A stretch of 64,000 nt of DNA, taken from Octopus vulgaris. Lineage: Eukaryota. The DNA is taken from assembly GCA_951406725.2 (NCBI GenBank), contig OX597815.1:49910001-49974000 (forward strand), given 5' to 3'. The notes under the pieces were generated by a model, which searched no databases, was not told where the DNA came from, and saw only the letters and a list, made by a program, of their open reading frames with translations. The position numbers were made by a program, and so were the translations under genes. Below are positions 52,876 through 64,000 of the stretch, piece by piece (the first letter of the stretch is position 1; each line of letters starts with the position of its first letter).

Positions 52876-53395
52876 CCTTAAAATCCTTAAAAATGTTTTA
52901 GCCCGAAGGCCGCGGCCATGCTGGGGCACCACCGCTGAATGAGCTACACTAGTTTGTGAATCCACCTCTAATATGTGGCACTTGATCAACAAGGGAATTC
53001 GATGCTGCTGCCCGCATCCGTGTCTCCTGTCGTGAGGTAGGTTCATCTGGGATTCCCAACAAGAAGAGATCCAGTTTAGTTCTAAAGAAACCCACATCCA
53101 CACCATGTAAGTCTCTCAGGCATTTAGGGAGGATGTTAAAGAGCTGTGGTCCTCTGAAACCCAAGCTGTTGCAGTATCTGGACCTGTATTTTGATGGTGA
53201 TGTTGTTGTTGTTGTTGGAATCCTTGGCACCACGCAGCGGCGCCCCGTTCTGCGGTTGGAGTAACTTTGAATGCCAAAGTTTGGGACAAGACCCTCCAGG
53301 ATATATATATATTTTAAAGCAGTATAGAGTATGTACTGCTTGTAGAGATGTAAGCAGTGATTCCTTCCAATTGTGTTCTGTTAACTGAGCCATAG
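52872..53395 (-). pseudogene. CR1/L2-group LINE 3' end
   Basis: ILEGLVPNFGI...RTGRRCVVPRI...NSLGFRGPQLFNILPKCLR...FRTKLDLFLLGIPDEP...AAASNSL. The 3' UTR is ggtgccccagcatggccgc with a (ttttaagga)n tail. Confidence 0.85.
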
Positions 53396-53459
53396 AGATA
53401 ATATTAATAATATTCAGTCTTCTACTAAGATAGTTCCTCTGTGTTACATTTTTATTTTG

Positions 53460-53795
53460 TTTGGCTCACGATTGTAAGAAGCTCATTTTTTTCTTTCTGC
53501 ATGTCCCTTGAGAAATGTTTCTGGAAACTGAAAGAAGCCCATCGTATATATATATATATATGTATATACACACACACACACACACACACATATGTCTGTA
53601 TGTGTATGTGTTTCTGTTTGTGTTTGTCCCCACAACTTAGCAGTTCAGTAAAAGAGACCAACAGAATAAGTATCAGAATTGATAAGAAAATAAGCAATGG
53701 GGTTGATTCATTTGACTAAATGATTTTCAAGTTGGTGTTCCAGCATGGCCACAGTTTAATGAGTGAAACAAGATAAAAGATAGAAGATAAAAGAT
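53460..53795 (+). mobile_element. SINE family A, internally deleted
   Basis: ggaaactgaaagaagcccatcg...ccagcatggccacagtttaatgagtgaaac. Confidence 0.75.
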
Positions 53796-53946
53796 TTAGA
53801 AAGAAGTCTTGCATTTGGCAATTTAAAAGCTACGAATTTGGTGGAATATATTATCTGGGTGGATCCCTTATTAGCTCTAGGTTAATTTCCAGTTAACTGC
53901 TAACCACAATAATCAGTGTCTAACATCTGTTCCATATTACAAAAAA

Positions 53947-54034
53947 TCAGGAAATCACAGAAGAATTGTTAGTCACTCCATGAATTCGTCCGATGGGTAA
54001 TTCCATGCAGTCTTCACGGGATGGTAAAAATTGT
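53947..54034 (-). CDS. Candidate terminal coding exon B (QFLPSREDCMELPIGRIHGVTNNSSVIS*) of an unidentified host gene
   Basis: Acceptor gtgctccag with a phase 2 start that matches the upstream exon. Open to TGA, non-repetitive, and shares its last 6 codons and stop with 55082-55133. Confidence 0.6.
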
Positions 54035-54162
54035 CTGGAGCACATGTTAATATTAATAATAATAAAGAGTATGGAGACTAGTACAGCCACAAAATTTATT
54101 TTGTAGTTATATACAGCATATTACAATGATCTACACATCTTTCTGCTGCAGTAACTACTTAC

Positions 54163-54261
54163 GAATGCACGGTGCCAAGTGGGCCACTTTTGGTAAGCAG
54201 AACTGATGATGTGGGATGCAATATTGTTGGTGTATCTTCTTCAGGATCCATCCATTTGGTC
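54163..54261 (-). CDS. Candidate 99 nt internal exon (TKWMDPEEDTPTILHPTSSVLLTKSGPLGTVH)
   Basis: Acceptor ttctcaag and consensus donor gtaagt; phase 2-2, open frame, and a 128 nt intron to exon B keeps the frame. Confidence 0.6.
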
Positions 54262-54279
54262 CTTGAGAATTATAACTAA

Positions 54280-54590
54280 CTGGCACTCCATCAGTTATAA
54301 CAACAAGTTGTAACAACAGTTACAACAACAAGTTCCAGTTGATCTGCTCATGAAATCAACGTGCAACAGACATGTGTACCCTTAATAGTTCTGTGGGAGA
54401 TTCAGCATGACACAGAGTGTGACAAGGCTGGCCCTTTGAAATACAGGTACATCTAATTTTTGCCAGTTCAGTGGTTTGGAGCAATGTGAAATAAAGTGTC
54501 TTGCTCAAGGACACAATGCACCACTGGGAATCAAACTCATAATTTTATGACGATGAACCAAACACCCTAACCAATACACTATGTGCCTTG
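54280..54590 (-). mobile_element. SINE family C
   Basis: gagattcagcatgacacagagtgtgacaaggctggcc...tcttgctcaaggacaca...caccctaacca. Decayed relatives lie at ~2385-2500 and ~58300-58445. Confidence 0.8.
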
Positions 54591-54836
54591 TGTATAAAAT
54601 ATGCAAAACTACTAATAGTACTGTTTCAGCAAAAGCTGTACATGTGTATGTGAATGTGCATACATGTGTGTTTGTGTATGTATGTATGCATAAATACATA
54701 CATGAATGTGTATATAAGTGAGTTTGTGTGCATCAACACACACACACACAACATATGTACACACACATATATATATGTGAGTATGTATATATATATATAA
54801 ATTCATATGTAATTATGTGTGTGAATGTGTGTGTAT

Positions 54837-54874
<38 letters not shown>

Positions 54875-55081
54875 TTATATATATATATATGGCTTCTGCT
54901 GAGACAGTGCTGGTGGTAGTTTTGTATATTGCAGCACTCAGATGTCTAAATAAAGCTTTGCAATATTCTGTTGAGAAAAAAAAACAAGAGAAAGCAAGCT
55001 ACCCCATGGTGTCTGAGAGTAAACTAATGTTAATTGTCATTCTCAAAGTAAAGTGATGAATGACAATTAAAAAACAAAAAA

Positions 55082-55133
55082 TCAGGAAATCACAGAAGAG
55101 TTATACAGTTTTGACTTTTTTGATTCACATCGG
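55082..55133 (-). CDS. Candidate alternative terminal coding exon A (RCESKKSKLYNSSVIS*)
   Basis: Strong acceptor ctttgttttacatag, phase 2 start, open to TGA, same NSSVIS* end as exon B. Confidence 0.6.
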
Positions 55134-55475
55134 CTATGTAAAACAAAGCATCAACAACAGATGCTTAATTGCTGCTAAATGCAGACATTAAACACACAAC
55201 TAGCTCTTGTGTTTATTTTAACTACGGGAATCATGAAGAAAGACACTAGGAATAGCTGTCTGTTTTATGTGTGTTGCCTCTTATCTCCTCCACTGTCAAC
55301 TGTCTCTTTACCATTTACCTCATACTGCACCTCTTCCATTATTTTTCAGATTCTTTAGAGTGAAGAAGAGGTATAAGAAAAACAAACTTAAGATCATAAT
55401 TTTCCTAACTAAAGGTCTCTTTAGTGTAAGGATGAGTGCATTTATGTGCATCCACACACACACACCCATTTATAT

Positions 55476-55512
<37 letters not shown>

Positions 55513-55871
55513 CGTATGTATGTATGTATATCTATATATATATATACACACACACATATATATGTAAACAGACAAGTTACACATGAGCTTTTTTACCTCA
55601 ATTTCTCTTTTGTTTTTTACAGATTTTTATCATCTCTCATCCTGTCTTTCTTCTCAACATCGCTATTGTAAAAAAGGACAATCTCCAAAGAATAATAAAT
55701 CTTTTACTTTTCTTAGTGACACACTAATAATTTTCATGATAAACTTATCCCACTATATATTTTTCTTTTTGTTCCTTTCACATCTCTCTCTATTTCAAGA
55801 TATATTTGTGTGTGTATGAATATATATATATATTTGTATATATATACAGGGAGAAAGGACATTGAATAACG

Positions 55872-55899
<28 letters not shown>

Positions 55900-55906
<7 letters not shown>

Positions 55907-56060
55907 GAATTTACAAAAAACAGCAAAAGACAAAAACGGATGTGTAAACAACAAACAGATGTATTAGTTTAATGCTCAGGAAGTGAAAAAGTCTTTTACA
56001 TTTCAAGCCTATGCTCTTCAACAGAAAAGAACACAGAAATAAACAGGGAGAGAAAATAGA
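55900..56060 (-). mobile_element. Penelope-like terminal repeat fragment with minimal hammerhead-like motif
   Basis: Minus strand tctttt-ctgttga-agagcataggctt-gaaa-tg-ta-aaaga at 55992-56030. Confidence 0.6.
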
Positions 56061-56095
<35 letters not shown>

Positions 56096-57619
56096 TGTAT
56101 GTATGTATGTATGTGAGAATTATAGTCATCAATTAAATGTGACTAAGGGTTTCAAGACCCCTACATTGCTAGAAATAAGATCTAAAATGTTCCAAAGCTG
56201 TTATTATGTACCTACCATATATTCTGATATGGGCTGCATACATACATACATACATACATACATACATACATACATACATACATACATACATACATACATA
56301 CATACATACATACATACATGCCTACATACTTATTGTATAATGAAGTCTGAGAATGACTTTCAGAAAACCTTGGAAGTTCATGACCAGAATGCTTTTGAGT
56401 ACAGATCTACTCATTTAGGGCTGACCTGAGGCTAAACAAAAGCATCAACCTCTACGACGACCACATCCCCACACCCCTGACATCACATCATCATCACGAC
56501 CACAATGATGACAACCCATATTATATGTCAATAATGTCATTTCCTTAGGAAAACATGAAGAAATAAGTGTCAATTTAAATGTTCTTTATTATGCTATATT
56601 TCTGCTTTTGGTATTCATTTACATAAAGGGAATAAAAAAAATATATGTTTCAGCAATATCTCAATCTGCTGAAATAAGAATATGCATAAGATTATCATGA
56701 CAGCTGTAAGTGCTTTTTAAGTTTAACCTTTTACCAGACAAAAACTAAATAAACAATGGTGATAAAACAACTACATCATTGTGCAAAAGACTAAGGCAAA
56801 ATTCTTTTTCTAGTGTTTAAAAAAGAAAATTTTTTAAATTAATTCTATGCTTAGCAAAAAAAGCTAATTAAGTAAAAATAATAAAGTGATATAAAAAGAA
56901 AATATATAGCTCTCCTTTTTGTTTTAGTAAAATTTATTCACTTCTTTTCACTAAAAAGGTAGCATCAAAAACCAAAATATGATACTAATTTTTTTTTTCA
57001 AATGTACTGATATCATTTATGAACAACTTCTAAAATACTTTTTACAGATGTTCCTTTGTTTTGAAATAATTTTACAATCTAAGAAATTTCAGACCATCTC
57101 AAAATTTCTGAAGGATATCACTATAACTTTGATTGTTTATGAAATATTGAACATTAAAAAAAACAATGATATTAGCTATAAATAAAGGATATTATGCAGA
57201 GGAGTGCAGAAGTCACTTTACATTTTAAAATTGGCAACTAATTATTCTTTTTTTATTGTTATATGGCTTCTTTATCAACAAACAGTTACTCATTTAATTT
57301 TATTACTTTTTGTACCTAAAATGCGATCTTAATTATTCACTAACTAAATGGTAATCTAAGAGAAAAACTTTACACAAACTAGTACCAAGTGCTCCGGGAA
57401 CTGAAAAACAATATTTAACAAAAAACTAAAACATTGGTATCAAATAGATCATAAGCTGTCGTGGAAGACTGTCCATTAAGATTTTGACAGTGTGAAGCTG
57501 AAAATTAGAAGGCACTGACACAATGTTATATTCCACAATTTATTCAAAGAATTTTCCAATGTCCAAAATATATATATCTCCATCCATTCATCCATCCACC
57601 CAACTACCCATAAACCCAT

Positions 57620-57900
57620 CCATCTTCTCCATGCACTATTCCTGAAGAGTCATGAGAATAGAGATGTCAGACATCTCTTCCATAGAATCCTATCAGAAGC
57701 AACCATCATTAGGCTTACCAACAGGATTCCCAAGGGTGAGTTACTGAGACCCTGAATATTTTCCAAACCATCTCATTCTTGGTCTACCCTTAAGTCTCCT
57801 GCCAGTTTGCTTGGCTTGAAGAATCCATCTTGTGATTCATCCTGGCAACATTTGCAATTACATGTCTTCTAGAGAGGATTTCAATCTTTGCAATAAAAAG
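57620..57900 (-). pseudogene. Old RTE-like LINE C-terminal relic
   Basis: ANVARM followed by frameshifted KPTGRRLKGRPRMRW. Confidence 0.55.
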
Positions 57901-60900
57901 GAAAATTTTGCTGGTCAAATACAAACCAGCTTCATGTCTGACACAAATACAACTATTGTAAACTATCGTATGAAAAGGGTTCAAAAGAATATATACTCTA
58001 AAGGGAAACTTTCTTTATCTTTTTATTAAGTTTTAAAACTGAAAGCAACTTCCACACCACCATTTATAACAGAACATCACAAGCTTCAATGTAAACTACT
58101 GTTTCTTGTCAACGAATATAATATTTTGTGAATATATTCTTTGAACAACTCAATACATGTCTGAAAGATGTTCTTTAATTTGGTTTTTGCTGGGAGTATG
58201 AATAAAGTATCCTAAGAGAGAGGCTACAGTCACAAAATATCTTACTAAATAACCAATGAATGATACTTGATGGGTTCCCCCTTGATGGGTTCCTCTGTTG
58301 TTTAGCAGCTGAACATCTGACTCATTAAATCAATACGCAAGTAGCTGAATATTCACCTGACATGTGTACCCTTAATATAATTCACAACCTGAATTTCTAT
58401 GACACAATGTGTGACATGACTGGGCTTTGGATTATGGGCACAATTCATTGGATAGTTTCCTTCTAACCAGTTATATAACTCACAGCACTTGGGTTGGTGT
58501 GAGGCTGTGATAACATTTTCCCAAGAAACTATACAGTGAGATCAAACCTTGGACTTTATAATTACAAATTAGATTCCTTAACCACTTGACCATAGCAATA
58601 TCAACATGTAAGGATTCCTATTTACTTGATGAGAAATTAGGATTGCATTTTATGCACAAAATGTAATATCTTTTGTAGATAGAGAAGCCATACAGTAACA
58701 TTTACATACAGAGACTGTGATACTATATTCATATATTGCATGACTGATGTATTATATGTGGTATTAAAACAAATTAATGTAAATTGTAACCTGATCAAGT
58801 AACTCATCTACTTACATGCTTTTCTTAAAGCCTCAACAGCTGAACTGAACATAGTTGCTTTGAGAACACATTCAGATGCACATTATCACATCAACAGAAT
58901 CAATGAAAATCTGCTTTTGTAAATTAGCCAAATACAGAGATTGGTAAATTTGAAATGTTTGTTAGTGATGGTCTACTCAAACCAAAAGTAAGAGATAAAT
59001 AACCCTGGCATTAGTGTGTCAATAAAATAAATTAAAGACAATACAGGGTAGCAAACTGGCTGAGTCATGAAGGATCATGGAAACTGCCCTACTCCTGACT
59101 AAAAAGGTTTTTTTAAATTAACAGGTATGCAAGAAACAACCCTCCTAAATTAATATCAGATGAACAGTGAAGTAAAACTTATAATAAAATGTTGACAACA
59201 AATAAATGTTAAATTCTAAAGTCAACCCATGCTAGCGCGGAAAGTGGACAATGATGATGATGAATGGATTAACAAAGCAACAATAACTTACTTCATGTTT
59301 GAAATGAGTGTTAATCAAAAGGTTTTTTTTTCCACTTATTAATCTCAACCACTTATTCTAATACAGCTTTAACCCTTTTTTAAAGCCACACATAAACAAT
59401 CAATTACTTTCTTTCAGATTATATACTCAGATTTTTTTTTCTTATCTAGGTTTATTCTGTCATCGTCCCTTGCATTGATAATGTTTATTATTTTGATATA
59501 AACACTGGTATAATAATACTGTCGTCTCTCAAGCCATGGATACAGTCACGTAGTCTCTATGTATAAATATTGTTACATGGCTTCTCTATCTACAAATGTA
59601 GTCTTTCAGATAAATCTCTTTAATTTCTCTGCTTATGATATGGTCTATTAATCTCTCTGACTTTAGATATGGTCTCTTAGTTTCCCTGTCTATGCCACTG
59701 TACACACATATTCATACTACTTCCTTTAAAGCTAAAGTATCAGCCCAGCTTCTATTAATATTGGTTTCCATATTGAGAATACTATCATAGCAGTCTTTCT
59801 TTTCTTCTTCCTTTTTATGTGTGTATGGTAAATCCTGAAGTAGTAGGTTTGGTTGGCGTGAAGGTTCAGAATCATTTGGCAGGTTGCCTTATACGACTAT
59901 GCTACCCTGCTACTGATCTGCTTTAATTATTGTACATTAAAAGCACAACCAAATTTAAAAATAGATCAATTGAAATATTGACAGAGTCTGTTAATGTGGA
60001 CCTTACAACTTTTCTGTTTAAACGTCAGTTGTTGTCGTGTGTTTTCCCCCAAAGTGTGTGAAACACCCTGTGTCATTTAAATATAAGTCATGTTTTTGGC
60101 CAGTAACCAATAACAACAAAATAAAATAGCCTCTTGCATTCAGTAATTGGCACAATACTAAATCTGACTTTATGAAACAAATATTTTCAACTTTTTCACT
60201 GACAGAATAAAATAAAATAAAGACATAAGAAAGGAAGAAAAAATGCACAGCATGTTCATCTATTAATTTCTCTAGTATAGAAAAGTTATGTTTGAGTGGA
60301 GAAATATTGAATCAATATCTGGTAAACAGAAAAGGAAAAATATAATTGGCTATTTATATAATTTACTTCTAAACAGTTCAGTTTTCTCTGGTATAAAACA
60401 AAGCCTTAAATGAATACATTGCACACACTCACACATACAGAAAATATTTTCCTAAAAGCATTGTTTCTGAAGCAGAGAAATTTTTCAGAAAATTTGTCTT
60501 CAAACCAGTGTTTTGGTTTAAATTTTCTTTTCATTTCAGCAACCTTTATTCTGTACACTTGGTATATGCCAGTAGTGTACATACTCTCTTTGTTTCCAGA
60601 AACATTTTTATTTTTCTTATACACTGTGAAATTTCAAAAAAGAAAATAATAATAATTATAATAATAATAAACAGAAAAATAAAAAGAAATAAGTAAATAA
60701 ATAAATAAATAAATCTAACTGTCCTTTACAATATAACAAAATAATGTTAGAGGTCAGAATAGAGTAGATATTATATTCTTATGCAGAAGCACTTTAGAAA
60801 AAATCCTAGACTGATGTTTTGTATAAATATATTTAATTGGATTCCATCTATTGATTTGAAACTTGTAATTTATTCATTGTTTGACCTGCTACTAACAACG

Positions 60901-61111
60901 AAAATTGCAAGTTGTATTTTCTTTTCAGGACTGGTTTGAAAACTGATAGAACATTGGCAGTGAAAACAAAAAAGAAAATTCTTATCAGATCACCATAGTA
61001 AAACCAAAACAAACCAGATTAGTTCTTAAAAGGATGGCTCTTTCATACAGGTTAAAACAATAGTAGGATGCACCCGGATCAAAAACAGTTATGTTTACGT
61101 TATTAAGTAAT

Positions 61112-61325
61112 AAGGCGGCAAGCTGGCAGAATCATTAGTGCATTGGGAAAAATACTTAGTGGTATTTCTTCCCACTCTTTAGGTCTTGAGTTCAAATACC
61201 ACTGGGGTCAACTTTATCTTTCATCCTTCCGAGTTCAGAAAAATACAATACCAATCAATTACTGGGGGTCAATTTAACTAAGCCCACCCCTAAAATTGCT
61301 GGTATTGTGCAAAAATTTGAAAACA
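61112..61325 (+). mobile_element. SINE family B
   Basis: aaggcggcaagctggcagaatcattag...gagttcaaatacc. Confidence 0.85.
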
Positions 61326-61889
61326 GTTATAAAGTGAATTTTTATCTGGAGTATCCTGCATCAGAAAAGTTTAATAAGCCTCAAATCAAAGCAGACAAAC
61401 CTACATTTATATTGTCTACAGGTTATAGGTGCACCTAGGGATTGACATAGCATATTTGAGTGTCTACAAAAGTCTGTATAGCTTATCTCTTCTTCGATGA
61501 AAGTGATTGGATCAGTGAATAACACTCCTTGGCTATTGAATAAAATTATATATTTATACTGAAAGCTTCTATATCAAAAAACCTTCTTTTAATTTGTAAA
61601 GAAAAAAAAATAAATGATTTTTTTTTTACATATTTTAATGTATTCACAAGATAAGTTAAAAGAAATATTTTTATGCAGAGAAAGATAAAAATTTATCATT
61701 GCACAAGGGAAGCAATGGAGCTGCAGATCTACTTAGAGGCTTGTTTGGCTGATATGAAGTATTCTGTAAGTGTCTGTTTACAAGTGTCTTCTTTGTTTTT
61801 GTTTTTTTTTTTGGAGGCTGGGGGCTTCCAAATGTATAAAAGATAAGAAATAACAAAGCTTGATATATGACAAAATAAATATGTCTAAC

Positions 61890-62945
61890 ATAGACACAAG
61901 GTCTGAAACTGGTATAAAGAGAGAGACAGTGTTAGTCGACTGAATCAACCCCAGTACTTGAATGGCATTTTATTCTATTGGTACCAAATGGATGAAAAGC
62001 AAATATAACCACGTCAGGATTTGAACTCAGAACTTAAACATAGCTGTGACAAATACCATAAAACATTTGATCAAATGCTGAAATGAATCTGCCAATCCAC
62101 TGCTTGTATGTGACAACAGAGTAAGGAAACATAAATTGACAAGACATTTTAGACCACTGGAATCATTTTTATCATCTGTCAACTGAAAAACAAATATGCT
62201 TTCTACAGAAGAAATAAGAAATTTTGAGATGTCTTGGTTTCAAATTTTGGCACCATATAACAATGGTTTCAGACCAGTAATTTTCGAGGGTGGATGTAAC
62301 TGGCACCTATTTCATCAACCCCAAAAGAACAAAAGGCAATGTTAACTGTGGCAGAATTTGAACTCAGAATGTAAAGATGGATGAAATGCTGCTAAGCATT
62401 TTGCCTGGAGTGCTTGCAATTCTGACAGCTTGCTGTCTTATTACACTATATAATAATAAGACATGCACCAGTGCATGTGATACAACTGTCATAATGACCC
62501 TCCCAAGACACAAGAGCAAATTATCTTTTGTGATCTTAAATATTAATATTCTTTTCTACTCTAAGCACAAGGCCTGAAATTTTGGGGGAAGCGGGGCAGT
62601 CGATTAGTATGCAACTGGAACTTAATCTATTGAACCCGAAAGGATGAAAGGTAAAGTCGACCTCAGCAGAATTTGAACTCAGAACACAAAGACAGATGAC
62701 TTAAAAGATAAATATTGGAAATGGTATGAAAGTGGCCAGCTGGTAGAATTCTTAGCATGCTGGGCAAAATGTTTAGTGGTATTTTGTCCGTCTTTACATT
62801 CTGAGTTCAAATTCCACCAAGGTCAAACTTGCCTTTCCTTCTTTTGAGAGTCAATAAAATAAGTACCAGTTGAGCCTTGGGGTTGATGTAATTGACTTAA
62901 CCATATTTTCTGAACTTGCCTTGTACCAAAATTTGAAACCAATAT
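61890..62945. mobile_element. Cluster of SINE family B copies (three minus, one plus)
   Basis: Minus copies at ~61890-62105, 62235-62440 and 62553-62700; plus copy at 62735-62945. Confidence 0.8.
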
Positions 62946-62992
62946 TAGAAATAGTAGATTATGAAATAAAAATTAACTATTTCCTATCTTGT

Positions 62993-63840
62993 ATCTTTTA
63001 CTTGTTTCAGTCATTGGGTTGTGGCCATGCTGGAGTACTACATCGAAGAGTTCTAGTAGAGCAACTCAAACCCAATATATATATATATTTGAAGCCTGGT
63101 ACTTATTCTATCAGTCATTTTGGCTGAACCACTAACCTACAGGGATGTGAACAAACCAATACTAGGTGGGCAGGCAGAGATAACAGACATAAAAAAGTGA
63201 TACATGCATATTTATATATATATATATATATATACAGCAGGCTTTTTTCAGCTTCAGCCACCAAATCCACTCACAAAGCTTTGGTCAACCCAGGGCTATA
63301 GTAGAAGACACTTGCCCAAAGTGACATGCAGTGGAACTGCACCTGGAAGCATGAAGTTGGGAAGAAAGTTTCTTAACACACAGCCATACCTGCTCCTGTA
63401 TTCCATAATACTTTTAAAATTTGGCTTTATTCTTTTATTTGTTTCAGTCATTTGACTGCAGCCATGCTGGAGCACCACCTTTTAGTCAAGCAAATTGACC
63501 CCACGACTTATTCTCTGCAAGCCTCGTACTTATTCAGTCAGTCACTTTTGCCAAACCACTAAGTTACAAGGATGTAAACACACCAACATCAGTGGCAAGC
63601 AATGCTGGTGGAGCAAACACAGACACACAAGTATACACACACACACACACACTCACTCACACACACATATATATACGTGATGGGCTGCTTTCAGTTTTTG
63701 TCTACCAAATCCACTCACAAAGCTTTGGTCAGCCTGAGGCTATAGTAGAAGACACTTGCCCAAGGTGCTATGTAGTGGGAATGAACCCGGAACCATGTGG
63801 CTGGTAAGCAAGTTACTTACCACACAGCCACTCCTGTGCC
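62993..63840 (-). mobile_element. Two tandem SINE family A copies
   Basis: 62993-63397 and 63430-63840 each have a tail ggccatgctggag/agccatgctggag and head cacacagcca. Confidence 0.85.
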
Positions 63841-64000
63841 TGACTGTTGATAATTATGATGACAATAGATGATGACAATGATGATGAAGGTGATGACGAT
63901 GGTGATGACAAATATGATGATGATAATGCAGATGACAGTGATGGTGGTAGAAGTTGTGGTGCAACTGTGGAGAGGATGATGATGATGATGATAATGATGA

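Overview
This is AT-rich, microsatellite-dense eukaryotic DNA, intronic or intergenic in character. The SINE, RTE and Penelope families look like those of an Octopus genome; this is my inference from recalled repeat sequences, not a search result. Most of the window is transposon debris. There are dozens of tRNA-headed SINE copies from about three families and one young 5'-truncated RTE LINE with an uninterrupted RT frame (13374-15059, minus). There are also remnants of CR1-group, Hero-like and Penelope-like retroelements, several with decayed minimal hammerhead motifs, plus a Gypsy relic, mariner, hAT and Chapaev3-like transposase pseudogenes, a non-autonomous Helitron and several MITEs. The best host-gene signal is absent from the ORF track: three short minus-strand exon candidates at 53.9-55.1 kb. 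They form two alternative phase-2 C-termini that both end in N-S-S-V-I-S-stop. Weaker minus-strand terminal-exon and microexon candidates are scattered through the window. The gene could not be identified. Almost all supplied ORFs are microsatellite or repeat artefacts. Repeat boundaries were read by eye and are approximate.
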